DNA of 63,999 nt, counting the filler, from Basidioascus undulatus (lineage: Eukaryota), in NCBI GenBank assembly GCA_000826855.1. It is 10 parts of 10 records of this genome, joined end to end, with 100 filler letters (N's around TTAATTAATTAA, not from the genome) between each part and the next. Parts side by side here need not be neighbours in the genome. Positions count along the whole stretch, not along the records: positions 47,073 to 51,306 come from JTLS01002200.1; positions 51,407 to 55,639 come from JTLS01002201.1; positions 55,740 to 59,970 come from JTLS01002202.1; 7 more parts are not named here. One strand, written 5' to 3'. A model generated the notes under the pieces. The model saw only the letters and a program-made list of their open reading frames with translations, was not told where the DNA came from and did no database searches. Position 1 is the stretch's first letter, and each line of letters begins with the position of its first letter. Below, piece after piece: positions 47,850 to 59,970 of the stretch. The translations under genes were made by a program, and so were the position numbers.

Positions 47850-49460
47850 ATGTCCCCAGGCGGCTCTGCTCACGCAAGAACTGCCCTCGTCCTTGAACTC
47901 TGCACGCCCATCCTCACTCTCTCCGACCTCAAGTCGCTCTCACTCGTCTCCCGCTCGGTCGCTGTGTTCACCCGCCCGCACGTCCTGCAGTATCACCACT
48001 GCAAAGCTCCTCGTTTCGGACTTGATTTGAGGCGGATCTGCGAGGGGAGATGGGAGGGTGCTAAGTTCGTCAGGTGCGTATTTCCCGTGCTCTCTCAAGT
48101 TCGAACCTCATGCTGACATGCTCGCTTCTTCAGACGACTCACCCTAACCGCGAACATCCGCGCCCCTCTCCCCTCCCCGACCTCCACCCCCCCTCTCGAC
48201 TCATGCACCGCCTCCCTCATCCGCGCCCTCCCAAACCTGCAGCACCTCACCCTCTCCCCCCTCCCCTCCCTCGCGCTCGCGCTCGCCTCATCCCTCTCCC
48301 TCCCTCGACCTCAACCGCGGCAGCTGGGCGCCGTCCATCTCCCTCCCTCGACCTCAACCGCGGCAGCTGGGCGCCGTCCATCCCCCGCGCCCGGTAAGGC
48401 TCGAGCGGGTCGCCATCTGCCTGGGATGGGGCGCTGACCCAGCGGGCCTCGCAGCCCTCGTCGCGAGCGCTGCGCCCACGTTGCAGGCGCTCAAAATATA
48501 CACGCAGTACTCGGACGTCGCGCTCTCGGAGCCATCCCCGCCGCTGGGCTTCCACGTCTGAGGGAGCTCGAGCTCTGAGCTGCGTCGCTCGACCCGCCCG
48601 AATGGTGAGACGCGTTCCTCGCCCGGCACGGGCCGCACCTCGAGGTGCTCGAGCTGCATAGCCTTGCGCATATCCCTTCGTTCGCTGGCTGCGCTGCGCC
48701 CCGCCGACTTCGTATCGGAGGGTTACTCACGGCCGAGGCGTGGTTAGCGTATCTCGACTCGCTGGCGAATCCTCAGTTGCTCAGAGCGCTGGCGCTCGAG
48801 TTCAGACCGCAGGAGGAGGATGCGGAGTTTGGGGGGCTCGCAGAGAGTCTGGGAGGGCTGGAGGAGCTGGCTGTGCAGGGGAATGAGGGTGAGGAGGGGA
48901 ACTCGGTAGCTCGCGCCTTCTTTTAGCTAACACAAATCCTGCTGATGGCTCCTTCTCTAGAACCTCGTCGCCTCCCTCATCTCCTCCCTGCTTTCCCTCC
49001 GGCGTCCACGTCTCCGGCCGCCTCCCGCCCGTGTGCTGCTCGCTCGCGCCTCCGCACCTCTCGAGCTTCCAGGACGCGATGGAGGAGGGGGAGATACCAG
49101 AGCTGGAGGACTTCCCCTCCGACGTGGACGAAGACCTCCTCTCTTTGCTCGAAGACAACTTCAGCGAAAGCCGGGACCGCCGGGCAGACGAATGGATGCA
49201 CGCTGTCCGCCCTTCGTTCCGGGAGGCCCTGGAGGACCTGGGGCGGAGGCTGGACGGCTGCAGAGGGTGTGCTGGGAGGGCTTTTTTGGAGAGAGGGAGT
49301 ACGAGAGTTGTCCGGTCTGGGGGCCAGGATTGTGAGAGGGGAGGGGGAGTTGAGCATCAAAGGAGGGTTTTACTGGGAGGATGGGGCGGTGAGAAGGGGG
49401 GGAAGAGAGGTGGATGCAGAGGGATGGGAGGGAGAGAGTGGAGCTGGAACTCTGATACAG
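47850..49460 (+). pseudogene. F-box/LRR-like gene, disrupted; 3' end approximate
   Basis: LSDLKSLSLVSR (F-box-like), LPNLQHLTL, FLARHGPHLEVLEL, LEELAV; in-frame TGAs, frameshifts and a 43-bp tandem duplication. Confidence 0.65.
48295..48380 (+). repeat. Perfect 43-bp tandem duplication
   Basis: tctccctccctcgacctcaaccgcggcagctgggcgccgtcca at 48295-48337 and 48338-48380. Confidence 0.95.
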
Positions 49461-50071
49461 GGAGGTCGGTTCTGTCGCTGTACTTCCACAAGGATCTTTA
49501 TCTGGTCCGTCATTGTTGTGAGGGTGACAAGGGCCAAGGTCCCTGGCGATTTGAGCTGCCGTTCCAGCGGGCATCGAAGTTTGCATCGAGCTCGTTTCGA
49601 CATCTCCGTCTCCGCTCCTACTCTCCCAAATTCTCCTCATCCCAGTTACGTATCTTTCCAGCTGTCTGATCAACCAACAGATACCTCCGGCGTCGAAATT
49701 CATGAAATCTAGCGCAAAACGATGACATTCCTGTATTCTCGCTCCCACAACATTAACCGCCCATTTTCACGTGCTCACACGCTCGCTCCCTGAACGCCGA
49801 CTGAGCTCCCACCGCGACACACGACTTCGAGCTTCCCGCTCCCCCATCCGGCCCCTTGCCTTGCACGTTTGTCATCCCACTTTTTACTAGTCGCGGATCC
49901 ACACACACACACATACCACACGCTCGCTTTTCGTGCCACCTAACCCTTATTTGGTCTCCTACATCACACACAACTTACACTTTAATCGAGCGCGACGACA
50001 CCGGCGACGAGCACGACACTTTAAACGACCCCGACACGCCCCACCCCGCCACAGTCAGTCCCGTCCACGCG

Positions 50072-51306
50072 ATGAAGCGCACGCCCTCGACGTCCTCGCT
50101 CGAGACGGCCCCGCTCCTTGTCAACCCGCACGCAGCCGCGGCCGTGCCGCAGCAGCACAACCCGAATCTCGCCCCCGCGCCCAGGGGCGAGTTCGAGCCC
50201 GTCAGCCCCACCTCCGCCGCGAGCGCGATCTTCGCGCCTGCGATGCTAACCAACGGCGACGGCGCCGCGGGCGCGCACAAGGACGCTGCCCTCAGTGCGA
50301 CGAGCGCGGTGGAGCTTCCGGCGAGGTCGGCGAGCGGTCAGGGTGCGTGTTTGGATGGGCGGACGGATGTGAGTGGTCGGGCTGATCTGGGTTGGGATCG
50401 GGACAAGGCTTCCGGATCCGCATAGACCGGTGCGTTCTTCCCAATACAACATCCGCCCATTTCCTTTCCGACTGAAACCCCCCGTATACCACAGGCCCAG
50501 CACCCCCTCATTAACCACCACCGCCCTCCTCTCCTCGCAAGAGCCGCCCACACCCACAGAGCTCTTCCCCGCGCTCGACCCGTACGGCGAGCCCACGCTC
50601 CTCTCGCGCCTCACGCTCCTCGCGAAGCAGACCGCCTCGAACGCGCTCTCCACCTTCTTCCTCGCCTTCGTTGTGGTGTGGGCCCTCGCGAGCCAGGCTG
50701 TACGCTCTGCGTGGAGGTGGGCGTGGTACGGCCCCCGCAGGGGCCCTAGGCGGGCATGGGACGATGCGGAGAAGTGGAAGGGCGAGGAGATTACTCGGGA
50801 CCGTGAGTCGCGACTTTTGAGCGTGCGGCGAGGGTGAAATGGGACGGGCGCTGATGAGAACTGTGCAGCCAAATACTATGCCCGAGAATGCGGGTTCGAG
50901 CTCGGCGAGGAAGGTGTGTTCCCCTGTTCCTCCTTCGCCATTCGCCCTTCCCCGCTTGCCTTTCCTCCCCCGCTCCTCACCCTGAAAGCCCCTGCCTGCC
51001 CCCAACCCCAGTGGTCGAGTCCGCCGACGGCTATCTCCTGCGCATGCACCGCGTGATCCACCCGCCCTCGGCGCGCACGCACGCCGACGGCCGCGGCGGC
51101 TTCCCCGTCCTCATCCTCCACGGCCTCTTCCAGTCCTCCGGTTCGTTCATCACCAGCGAGGAGCGCAGCTTGGCGTTCTGGCTGGCGGAACATGGGTGCG
51201 TTGGGGGCGTCCTCTACTTCCCCGCTGTTTCTTCCCTGGTTTTTGGTGGTTCGTGGAACAGGGAGAAGGGGAAGAGAGGGAGAGGGGAGGGGGTAGAGGG
51301 GATTGT
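50072..51306 (+). CDS. Alpha/beta-hydrolase lipase/sterol esterase (TGL1/YEH-like), 5' part
   Basis: TM segment LSTFFLAFVVVWAL; KYYARECGF..VESADGYLLRMHRV...PVLILHGLFQSSGSFITSEERSLAFWLAEHG. Confidence 0.88.
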
Positions 51307-53386
51307 NNNNNNNNNNNNNNNNNNNNNNNNNNNNNNNNNNNNNNNNNNNNTTAATTAATTAANNNNNNNNNNNNNNNNNNNNNNNNNNNNNNNNNNNNNN
51401 NNNNNNTGACACAGGAGGTGTGGGTGCGGCGGAAGGGGCGACCGCAGAGGCAGGTCCAGCCTTGGGCCGTCGCGCCTCTACGCAATCGGAGCACGACAGT
51501 TAGGTCCGAAGGGGCGAGGGAGAAGATGGGGTCACGAGCCGGCAGCAGAAGACTGTGGGAAAACGGGTCTTTGGAAGGCTGTTGCAGCTTTAACTGCATA
51601 TTTGAGTACCAGAGAGGACAGAAGGAGCGCTGACAAAAGAGGATTATTGGGACAAGGCAGAGCGATTGTGCAGCTATGACCACAGCCTAAGGACTCAGTA
51701 TCACTGTGTCATTCAACTCTCTATGGCTTCCTGCTTCTAGCTTAACGGAATGTCACGGTAGGAGAGCAGCACGCATAATAAGTGAGCAGTGATGGTCGAG
51801 ATATCTGGTGTGAAGGCTGTATAGGATAGAAATGGTTACAGAGGAGTTTTAAGAAAGTAAAGTGTGAGGTAAGTGGTGGACCGCTGAAGGGGATTCAAGA
51901 CTGGTAAGCAGGAGCGAAAGCTAGGCGCGTCACCTCATCTCCAGCTTTCGTCGACGGAGAGCCTCACTTAAAAATGCAAGATGTAGGTTGCTGCCACCTT
52001 CCCCCTGCACAATTGATACAAACTATTTGTTTTACTACTGCTTTACGTTACTGCCTTGCCTCACGGGATATGCTTCGGCTGGTGTAGCAATGCATTTTTC
52101 CTTTGTATGACTCTGTATGATCCTATATGATCAAGGACACTCTGATTCGCTACTGCAGCAGTTCTTCCAAAATAAAAATTCAAACAGCTGCAACAATTGT
52201 TTTTCTGAACCACTGTCCCTGTGCACTTTGCTGTTTTGTCCTTCTGTCCATTTGTCCTACATCATGTTCCTCACTGTCACGTTCCTTCCATCACATTTAT
52301 CGCTGGTCCTCCTGCTGTGGCTCCCACAACTCCACCCGATACCTTCCACTTCCTGACCCTACTTCTCAACTGCTCTTGTGCTTGAAGCGAAGGGGACAAT
52401 TGCAAGTAGACATCCCCGTCGCACGCTAGTCAAGGCGCTGTGAGGAAGAGTGCAAGGGTCGAGAGGCAGACAGTCCATCTTGGGGGCCTTCTGTAGACCG
52501 AATAAGGGCAGAACAGTGCTTATTGTGAAAAGTCTACAGTGAAAATAGGCGAAGCAGCAAACTGGAAGCGAAAGGTGCGTGCCACCAGAGGCAAGACTAG
52601 TTATAAGCGAGGCGAAGAAGCAGTGTGGCCAGGAAGCTGTGTGACAAATTCAGTTTCTGGAGGAAAACATGCTACGTAGGATCACCTCAACCCTCTTTCA
52701 TCTACCGTCTCTATAGGGGACTGCTGCCATGCCCAATTTGTTACATAGCTTATGCGTGCATCGTCATTTACTTCCGACGAGAGGAACCGTCGCATGCAAA
52801 GAATGGAGCTTTATTGCCGAATGGAATTGCCGACACCTGTACTTATAGCAGGTTTGCCGTCCTCTGCACGCAGTTTGTTTCCGGAAAGCTCTGCGGACTC
52901 TTTCCGAGACACCGCATTGCCTCTGCGTGCATCGCCAAGATTTCCCGAGTGGAACAGCGCGCTGCGTGTGCGCACCGCCACTGCTTCCCGGGTTTAAATT
53001 CTCGTTGCCCCCTTTCCCTTACTATTGGGCCAACAAGTTTGATCCCTACAGTTTGAACGCTCGACCCATAAAGAAACACCATATCCGCGAACATTGAATT
53101 CAATCGTATGAAGTACACGAGACCGCTACAACCTGCTTGCCTCTCATACTTGATCGCCTGAAAAAGACCGGCGACTATCTTTACATTCCCTAGAACAGCT
53201 GTTGTGATTGGCAACAGAGTCTCGTCTTACTCACTTCACATCCTCGTGCTGGATTACGCGGGCGTTCATTCCTAGCAGTTCGCGCACAATAGCTAAGTCT
53301 TCACTCGTATGCAGGCGGGGAAAAGGCAAAGTCTGCCTCTTCGTCGACCACCAGAAGGGACGCCGAGAGATGAGTCAACCGAGTGA

Positions 53387-55268
53387 TCAATCATGACCGC
53401 AAGAAACAGCTGCAACCGTGTGACCGCCAAGGCGCAGACCGTGCAGCTGCGAGACCGCTCGAACCGCGCATTCAACGTGTTCGTACCGGACAAACCTGGA
53501 AGGCCAAAGCGTTAAACTTCTTTAATAGAAAAGCCAGCAGGCAGATGAAAGCGACGAACCCTTCGCCAGCCTGGTACTGGTTGACTCTCACATACGCGAC
53601 GTCACCAGCTTGCTCTGCGAACGCCGATAACGCCTGTATGAGCTGGTGTCAGCTCGCCTGTCCGTCCTTGCACGAATTTGGCCTGCGGCACCTGGAGTTC
53701 GCAATTAGGAGGCAGGTTAAGGAAGATGACGTTGGGTGTTGTGATGGCATTTTGCTCCTGTTGCTCCGCAGAAGTGTCAGCATTTTGTAACATTGTAACA
53801 CCCTGCGATCTGAACCTACAGTCAGTGCACCATTGCTGAAATCATCGAGAGACGAAAGTGACACAGGGCAGCCTCCCAACAAAAGCCCGGACAGTCGCAG
53901 CACTGCACGATGTTCAGCTTCTGAGTCGTCGAAAGAAAGGAAACTGTTCCCAAACAGTCAACGTAGCCGAGATAGCACAGCTCATGTAATACGGAGTGTA
54001 CGCACCCTTCATGGCTCCCGTACAAGCCACTCTGAGCGTATGTTACCCTGCCAGCTTGAGAAGCGAACCTGAGCAGATCCTGTCCAGCGACCGCCGTGAG
54101 GCTTGTGTCAGGGGTATTTCGAGTCTTACAAAATAGCTCACCGCCGACGTGCAACCAGGGTGAAGGTTGCGGACCAGAACTCGAGGCGGAGCGTCGGCAA
54201 GCGCTTGGTCCGGAAGAGCTTGATCGTCGTCACGAACGCCCTAAAACGTGCCCATTGGTCGGCGGGAACGTGCAAACAGTGTAGGGGTTGCGAGTTGTGG
54301 AGGAAAAGAGGGTCGGGCGGGGCACACGCACGCGGATAGTCTCTCCACGGATATTCCTACAAAGAGCATCGTCAGCGACCCCGTCCTAACCCTTCAGGAA
54401 GAGACCGCCAGAGCGTACTGTACTTCTGCACCTGTCGGAATTGCGGGAGAGCGACGGTCGCGAACAGGTGAACGTGAGTCTATGGGCTCGTCTTGATACG
54501 GGCATGTAGGGCTGCCGCTTTCACCCTTAGCAGGCACGGATGAGCGTGTTTCCCGACCTGTCCACGAGCGCGAGCTCGAGCGTGAATGAGAACGTGAACC
54601 CGACCGCGAATAACGCTTGACACGCGATCTTGACTGTGACCTTCTCGATGACCTCGATCGCGACCGGAAGTGCTTCCGGCCTCTTGTTCGCGACATTGAG
54701 TGGTCTGAGCGGCGTAACAGTTATAGCTTGGAATTTAGAGAACGAGGTCAGGTCACCCGCACCTTGGCGCTCAGTGCGTTCAGGCGATCGCGTCCGACGC
54801 CGCCCTCGTAGCTGTTCAACCAAGCGTATCGAGTGCCACGGCGAGCGTTCTCTTGCCGGAGCAACATCATCTCGGCGAGCGTAGTTGAGCGTGATCCTTT
54901 GTGTTCCCCAGGATATAAACGCAATTTGTACGTCAAGTGGATGGTGGTACGCGACAGCCTCGAGAAAGGCACAGTAGGAAGCACCTTTGACCTCGCATGG
55001 ACGTTCGATTATAACGGTGCATCATAGTAGTGGACAGCTGGGCAAGATGCCGGTTAGAACCAATACTTCCAACTCTAGACGGTCACCTTCGCCGTTTTGG
55101 GATGACGGAACGCACCTGCTTGCTCTGGAACTTTACAAATCCGTATCTGCCGCAAAGCCTGACCTCCACAATGCCAGCATCGTTATCAAAGAAGCGGTAG
55201 ACGTCGTGCTTCGTGGTGCGAAAATCCAACCCGCCGATGTAGAGCGACCTCGTTGGAAAGCAGGACAT
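53387..55268 (-). CDS. Divergent SR-like RNA-binding protein: RRM, RS domain, two SRSF4/5/6 (Srp2)-type pseudo-RRMs
   Basis: Phase-consistent GT-AG splicing gives MSCFPTRSLYIGGLDFRTTKHDVYRFF..GIVEVRLCGRYGFVKF...RITLNYAR; RSRSRSSRRSQSRSR; PRVLVRNLHPGCTSA|DLLRFASQAGRVTYAQ..EG|FLSF; NVIFLNLPPNCELQ|ALSAFAEQAGDVAYV..EG|FVRY..AVRAVSQLHGLRLGGHTV..HD*. Confidence 0.78.
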
Positions 55269-55739
55269 GTGGGTGGCGATGGTAAGTTGGGAGAGAGATG
55301 TCTTGCAAGTTGCAAGTCCGTGATTGTAACGACGCAGAGCGGGAAGGATAGCCGTGAATGCTGGTAAGCCCGACCCAGACTCACGAGATTCATGCGCTTT
55401 AAAGTGAAGCATCATGGCGGGACTTGTTGGTGAGGCGGTGTCAGCCTCAATCATACGCTGCAGCGTGACAACTGAGTACACACACCGGCATGCAACCACC
55501 AATCCATCTGGCCATGACATCTAGCAGCCGCGCCGGCATGGCTTAGCAAGGTCACATGTCTAGACTTTGCGCTCAATGTGCGTAACCTTCTGGCGTGCGG
55601 CGGCTTGCGTTGCAGTTTATTTGGCTTTGCATTCGGCGGNNNNNNNNNNNNNNNNNNNNNNNNNNNNNNNNNNNNNNNNNNNNTTAATTAATTAANNNNN
55701 NNNNNNNNNNNNNNNNNNNNNNNNNNNNNNNNNNNNNNN

Positions 55740-57400
55740 ACTCGTCTCGTAATCAACCATTGCCCCCACAAGCCCCGGGTAGCCCCCGTTGCGGTCTGCT
55801 TCGCTCTGCCGGATCCTGACAGTCAAGCTGTTCAGAAGTAAAGACAGCAGCTCATGGACTGTTTCATTCTCCATCTCCACTCGAGGTGAGGAATAGCTCC
55901 AAAAGGCCAACAGTTGATATGGGTTGAAGGACAGTTATCACCACCTCTAATGGTGCACAGATGACCTGGAGTTGTGGCAATGTGCTGAATGGGAGTGGGT
56001 TCAGATCCATGTCCTCGTAGCATGTTAGGACAGCTCAACAAGAGGTGTGAGAGACAAGATGCTGGACAATGAAAACTGAGAGGTCTTTGCTGAATCCTGA
56101 GCCATGCAGCTGGAGCATGGGCAGTTGATGAGCGGCTTCCGGTATGAGCCAGCATCCCAGCAGACTTGTTTTAGCATCCCAGCAGACTTGTTTTCTAGTC
56201 TTGATCATAGTCATAGGTGAGTTGGAGGAAAGTCAGCTGTGGACTGTTTGTTATGAGGGTGGGCTAAAGGAACTTTAGGTGCTGTCATCAGGCTGAGCAG
56301 TCCAGAGCCCTTGAATATGACTTGCTTGATGGGATAGCTGGGGCGCCAATTGATATCGGGCAACTTCTGTAAGGCTAGATTCATGCCCCTCATCCCCTCA
56401 TGAAGTCTTTGTCCGCTTCACCAAAGTCGAGCCTGATGTCAATGAGCTCGCGAGGTGCGAGACAGCAGAGTATGTGGATGACACCGGCAGCAAGTGCTCA
56501 GGCACCGGAGAGTGTGTCTTCTTCAGAATATTCTGCTCCAGAGTACCACCAGTCCTCCCAGATGTTCCAGGATGAGATTGAAACTCGGCACAAAGCCGGC
56601 AGAGCAAATGAGCCTGATGAGAGGGTCAGACTCGAAGTCACCAAGCTCGACCTCAAGGGAGACAACAAAGGGAGACAACAGTGATGGATGGCCGCTGCTC
56701 AAGCGTGAGTGAAAGTTTCTGAATGTCTGCCGCGTCCACCTCGATGAAACAGGAGAGCTCGAGGGTGGCAACGCTCTCGACAGACCAGCACCACTTGGAG
56801 GAGCGAGTCGCGCGGCAAGAGCCTGAAGATTGCAGAGTGAATCTCCGCAGGAAGGGTGATGAGGGTCAGTGCGTTCGTTTTTGTGTAGATGGGGTAGCTG
56901 TTGGGGGAAAAGGCGTGTGAAGAAGGATGTGGGTGAAGGGAAGCCGCGAAGCAGAGCTGTGCGCTCGGTTAAAGTGCACGTGCGGCGGACGCTGACCACG
57001 ATCGCCGTGGTACACTTCATGATATTTCACATGACTCTCAAGGGTCTTGTGCAAAAAACAAAATCAAGTTGGTGTAGGACCTGCTGTTGAGCGTAAAGTG
57101 AGACAGCCGGTCTTGAAAGGTATCAAAACTGCGACATTCACGGATACTTGCTTCTTGTTTCTTACGAGGCACCGCTGATTACCTACGACATGAGAACTGA
57201 TGCCTCGACGATAGAGTCCCAGTAATCTCCCAATTCTCAAGTTTGATCTTTAAGGTCGGAATTTTCCTTTCACCTTTCCTGCCATTGTACAACACACTGT
57301 AGGTGTTGAGATAGATAGTTATTCGAGGGTAACCGCTTTTACCTCCCCTTCCTGCAAGCTTCCTCTCGTACGGCATGCAACAAATCTTGAATAGCCAAAC
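55740..57400. repeat. Degenerate CpG-poor repeat-like sequence containing a 22-bp tandem duplication (56151-56194)
   Basis: agcatcccagcagacttgtttt occurs twice in tandem; TG/CA-rich; no spliceable gene recognised. Confidence 0.4.
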
Positions 57401-57481
57401 CAGCAGTCCCTATTGTGCCAATTCGAACAGCCATGCTCAGAACAGTCCTCACTTTCCACTTCAGCCAGCCAGCCCAGACGC

Positions 57482-59970
57482 TCAGACCGCCGACACCTCC
57501 GCGAGCGGCGCCATGCGCGCCTGCTTGCGCGCGACGGCCTCGGCACCTTGCTGCCTGTGCCCGGGCGGGTTGTCGCTTGACTGCGGGAGGGCAGGGAATC
57601 GTGAGCGAGCCGTTGTGCTTGTGGGGCCCAAGGAGGAGGGGAGAGAGGGACGCACGTCTGCGATGCGAAGAGGGAGAGGGGAGGAGAGGAGTCAGCGCTA
57701 CTGCTCTGGTATACGCTCGCTATTTCGAAAACCACCGCGAAAAATCACAATCCTGTGTCCCGCCACCAAAACAGTCAGCCCCACCCTCATGCACACAACG
57801 CGTCGAAGAGTAACGCACAAGGTGGATGAAACCCCGCTCGACGTTCTGTAAGCTCTCGATCACGTATCTGTCCCGCACTCGTCAGCCGGAAAGAACTCGA
57901 AAAGAGGCAAGGCAGGAAGAGTGCAAGGAAGGAATGGAGGGAGGGAGGCAGAGAGGAGAGAGAAAGGAGACGGGGAGGAAGAAAACGACGCACTGGATCG
58001 TCTCACCCCAATCATGCGCAAGCGGGAGGCTGACGTTCTTAGGCAGGACGATGTCGACCTGTATTCACATCCCGACCGGTCATCGCATCAGTAGCATGCT
58101 TTGTCGTGACAGATGGAAGAGGGTGCGTACCTCGACGATCACGTTGTCGCCGACGTGACTGGGAAGCGGACCGTAGTTAGTACCTCCAACCTTGCTGTTC
58201 AAGACGTGAGAAGGTAGAGAGACGGACTAGCACTGCCCACGCCCCCAAAAGCGCATCAGCCCCAGGCTTCGGACACCTGCAACTTCAATCAGGCTGACGA
58301 ACCTCGATATAGCTCACAGCGAGCACCGGCGTGAACCGCGTGACGCAGTACAGGACCTAGACTCCCCACTTGTCAGTGTCCGTCCGCTCTCCCCCCAAAA
58401 GAAGAAGGGCCAATGGGCGACGGACCATGCTCATCTCCTCCCGGTCCGCGACGCGCCCGCTCAGCTTGGAGACGTTCTCAGTGAGGGTGTCAATCCATCT
58501 GTTTCCGCGCGTGGTAAGCTTCGGGCTTCGGAAGGCGGGAGGGGAGTGCGGATGGGAGATGCGGAGGTGAGAGGTGAAGGCGATGCGACGCACTCGAATA
58601 TGATATACAGCGAAAGCAAGATACCGCCTATAGAGTCGAGCTGCGGAATGTTGAAGACTTGGCCGAGATACTGTTTCCCCAATCCCCCATCAGTCTCCCT
58701 CCCCACTTCCTGCGTATTTACGGTCCCGAAATGACGAACCGGGACTGTTTCCCGCCATGCTCCGTCAGCCTTGCTTTCCGAAAAGAAAAAGATGGAGAGG
58801 AAGGGAGACGGTGGGAGGCAAAGCGAGAGTAAAAAAGCGGACGCACAAATAAGCGACACCACGTTAAACACCACATCGTTCAGCGCGTCCTGCGCGAGCG
58901 CGCGCACGCCCGACGACTTGATCTGGCTGCACCAGTACCAGACGATCGTCTTCACGCCGATGGTTATGATCATCGCGCTGTCCATCCCAACCCAATCCAA
59001 CCACCCAAGCCTCGTCAGGGCCTTTTTACGCTTCCTCGGAGGGACAAAGACGGAGGGGGAAAGGGAGGGAGAAGCGACGACCCACGCAATCCCAATAGGA
59101 GGCAGCGCCGGTGCGCTCTCCCCGTCCGGAGCGCCGCGCGTGAAACCGAGCTTGCTCAGCCGCTGGATGGACTCGAAGAGGACTTGGAGGAAAGAGCCTG
59201 GTGGGTTTGGGGGTTGGGTGTCAGAGCGGAAGGGGGAGGGGAGGAGCGGGAGGAGGGTGAGAAGAGGGGAGGGGGAATGAGGTACCGATCATGAACACCT
59301 GTTATTTTCCAGAGGGTTAGGGAGGAAAAGTGGGGAGAGGCGGGGAGGGAGGGGCGCACGCTGAAGACTACCACGCCCAGCGGCTCGAAGCGGCGCTTTC
59401 CAACGGCTGGGCATCACAAACAGGGTGTCAGACCTTTGTGTCTCTGTATATTGCGCGAGAGGGGTAAGGGGGTGGGCGTACGGTACTGCGTGTGCGACAG
59501 CAAATGTTAGGGGAGAGGGGGGCGGAGGGGGCACATGGGGATAGGAAGGAGTAGGGAGGAAGAACGCACCTTGAACCGCGTCTCCGGATCTCGGTGCCCC
59601 GCGACCTGCACGCCCCAAAACCAGGCATATCAGGCCCCCGCGCGCTTACGGTTTCCTGACGCAGGAGGACGGACCTTGCTCGCCCCCCTGTCCCCGCGCG
59701 CATCGCGTTGCCCATCAACCGTGGTCCCTTGGGGGGGGGGCAAAAGGCAGGGAAGGGGCAGAAGGGGCAGGCAGGTAAAGGGAAGAGGAAGAATGAACGC
59801 ACCAGATGATGCACGAACTCAAGAAATCCAGCGCAGAATCGACAAAGCTCGCGATGAGTGAGATACTGGACGAGAGGACGACGGCAGCGCCTTTTGCACC
59901 GAGGAGGAGGACGTTGATGATCAAGTTCACTGTGCCCCCCACCAGCCTACATCAGCGCCCCCCGCTCCCC
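57482..59970 (-). CDS. Cation diffusion facilitator, Mn-CDF (MTP8/MTP11-like) clade; 5' end cut by contig edge; many micro-exons
   Basis: SISLIASFVDSALDFLS (TM2 DxxxD), YPVGKRRFEPLGVVVFSVFM, ALAQDALNDVVFN (TM5 DxxxD), YHVGDNVIVEVDIVLP..SLPLAHDWGETIQ, RGFIHLDYSSDNPPGH; stop at 57482-57484. Confidence 0.93.

Noticed and set aside
27400..48610. Recurrent in-frame TGA codons suggesting stop-codon reassignment or selenocysteine
   Set aside because: TGA is the genuine terminator in COX12, SDH7, FCF2 and the CDF gene; the affected genes also carry frameshifts; and the GPx active site is TGC (Cys).
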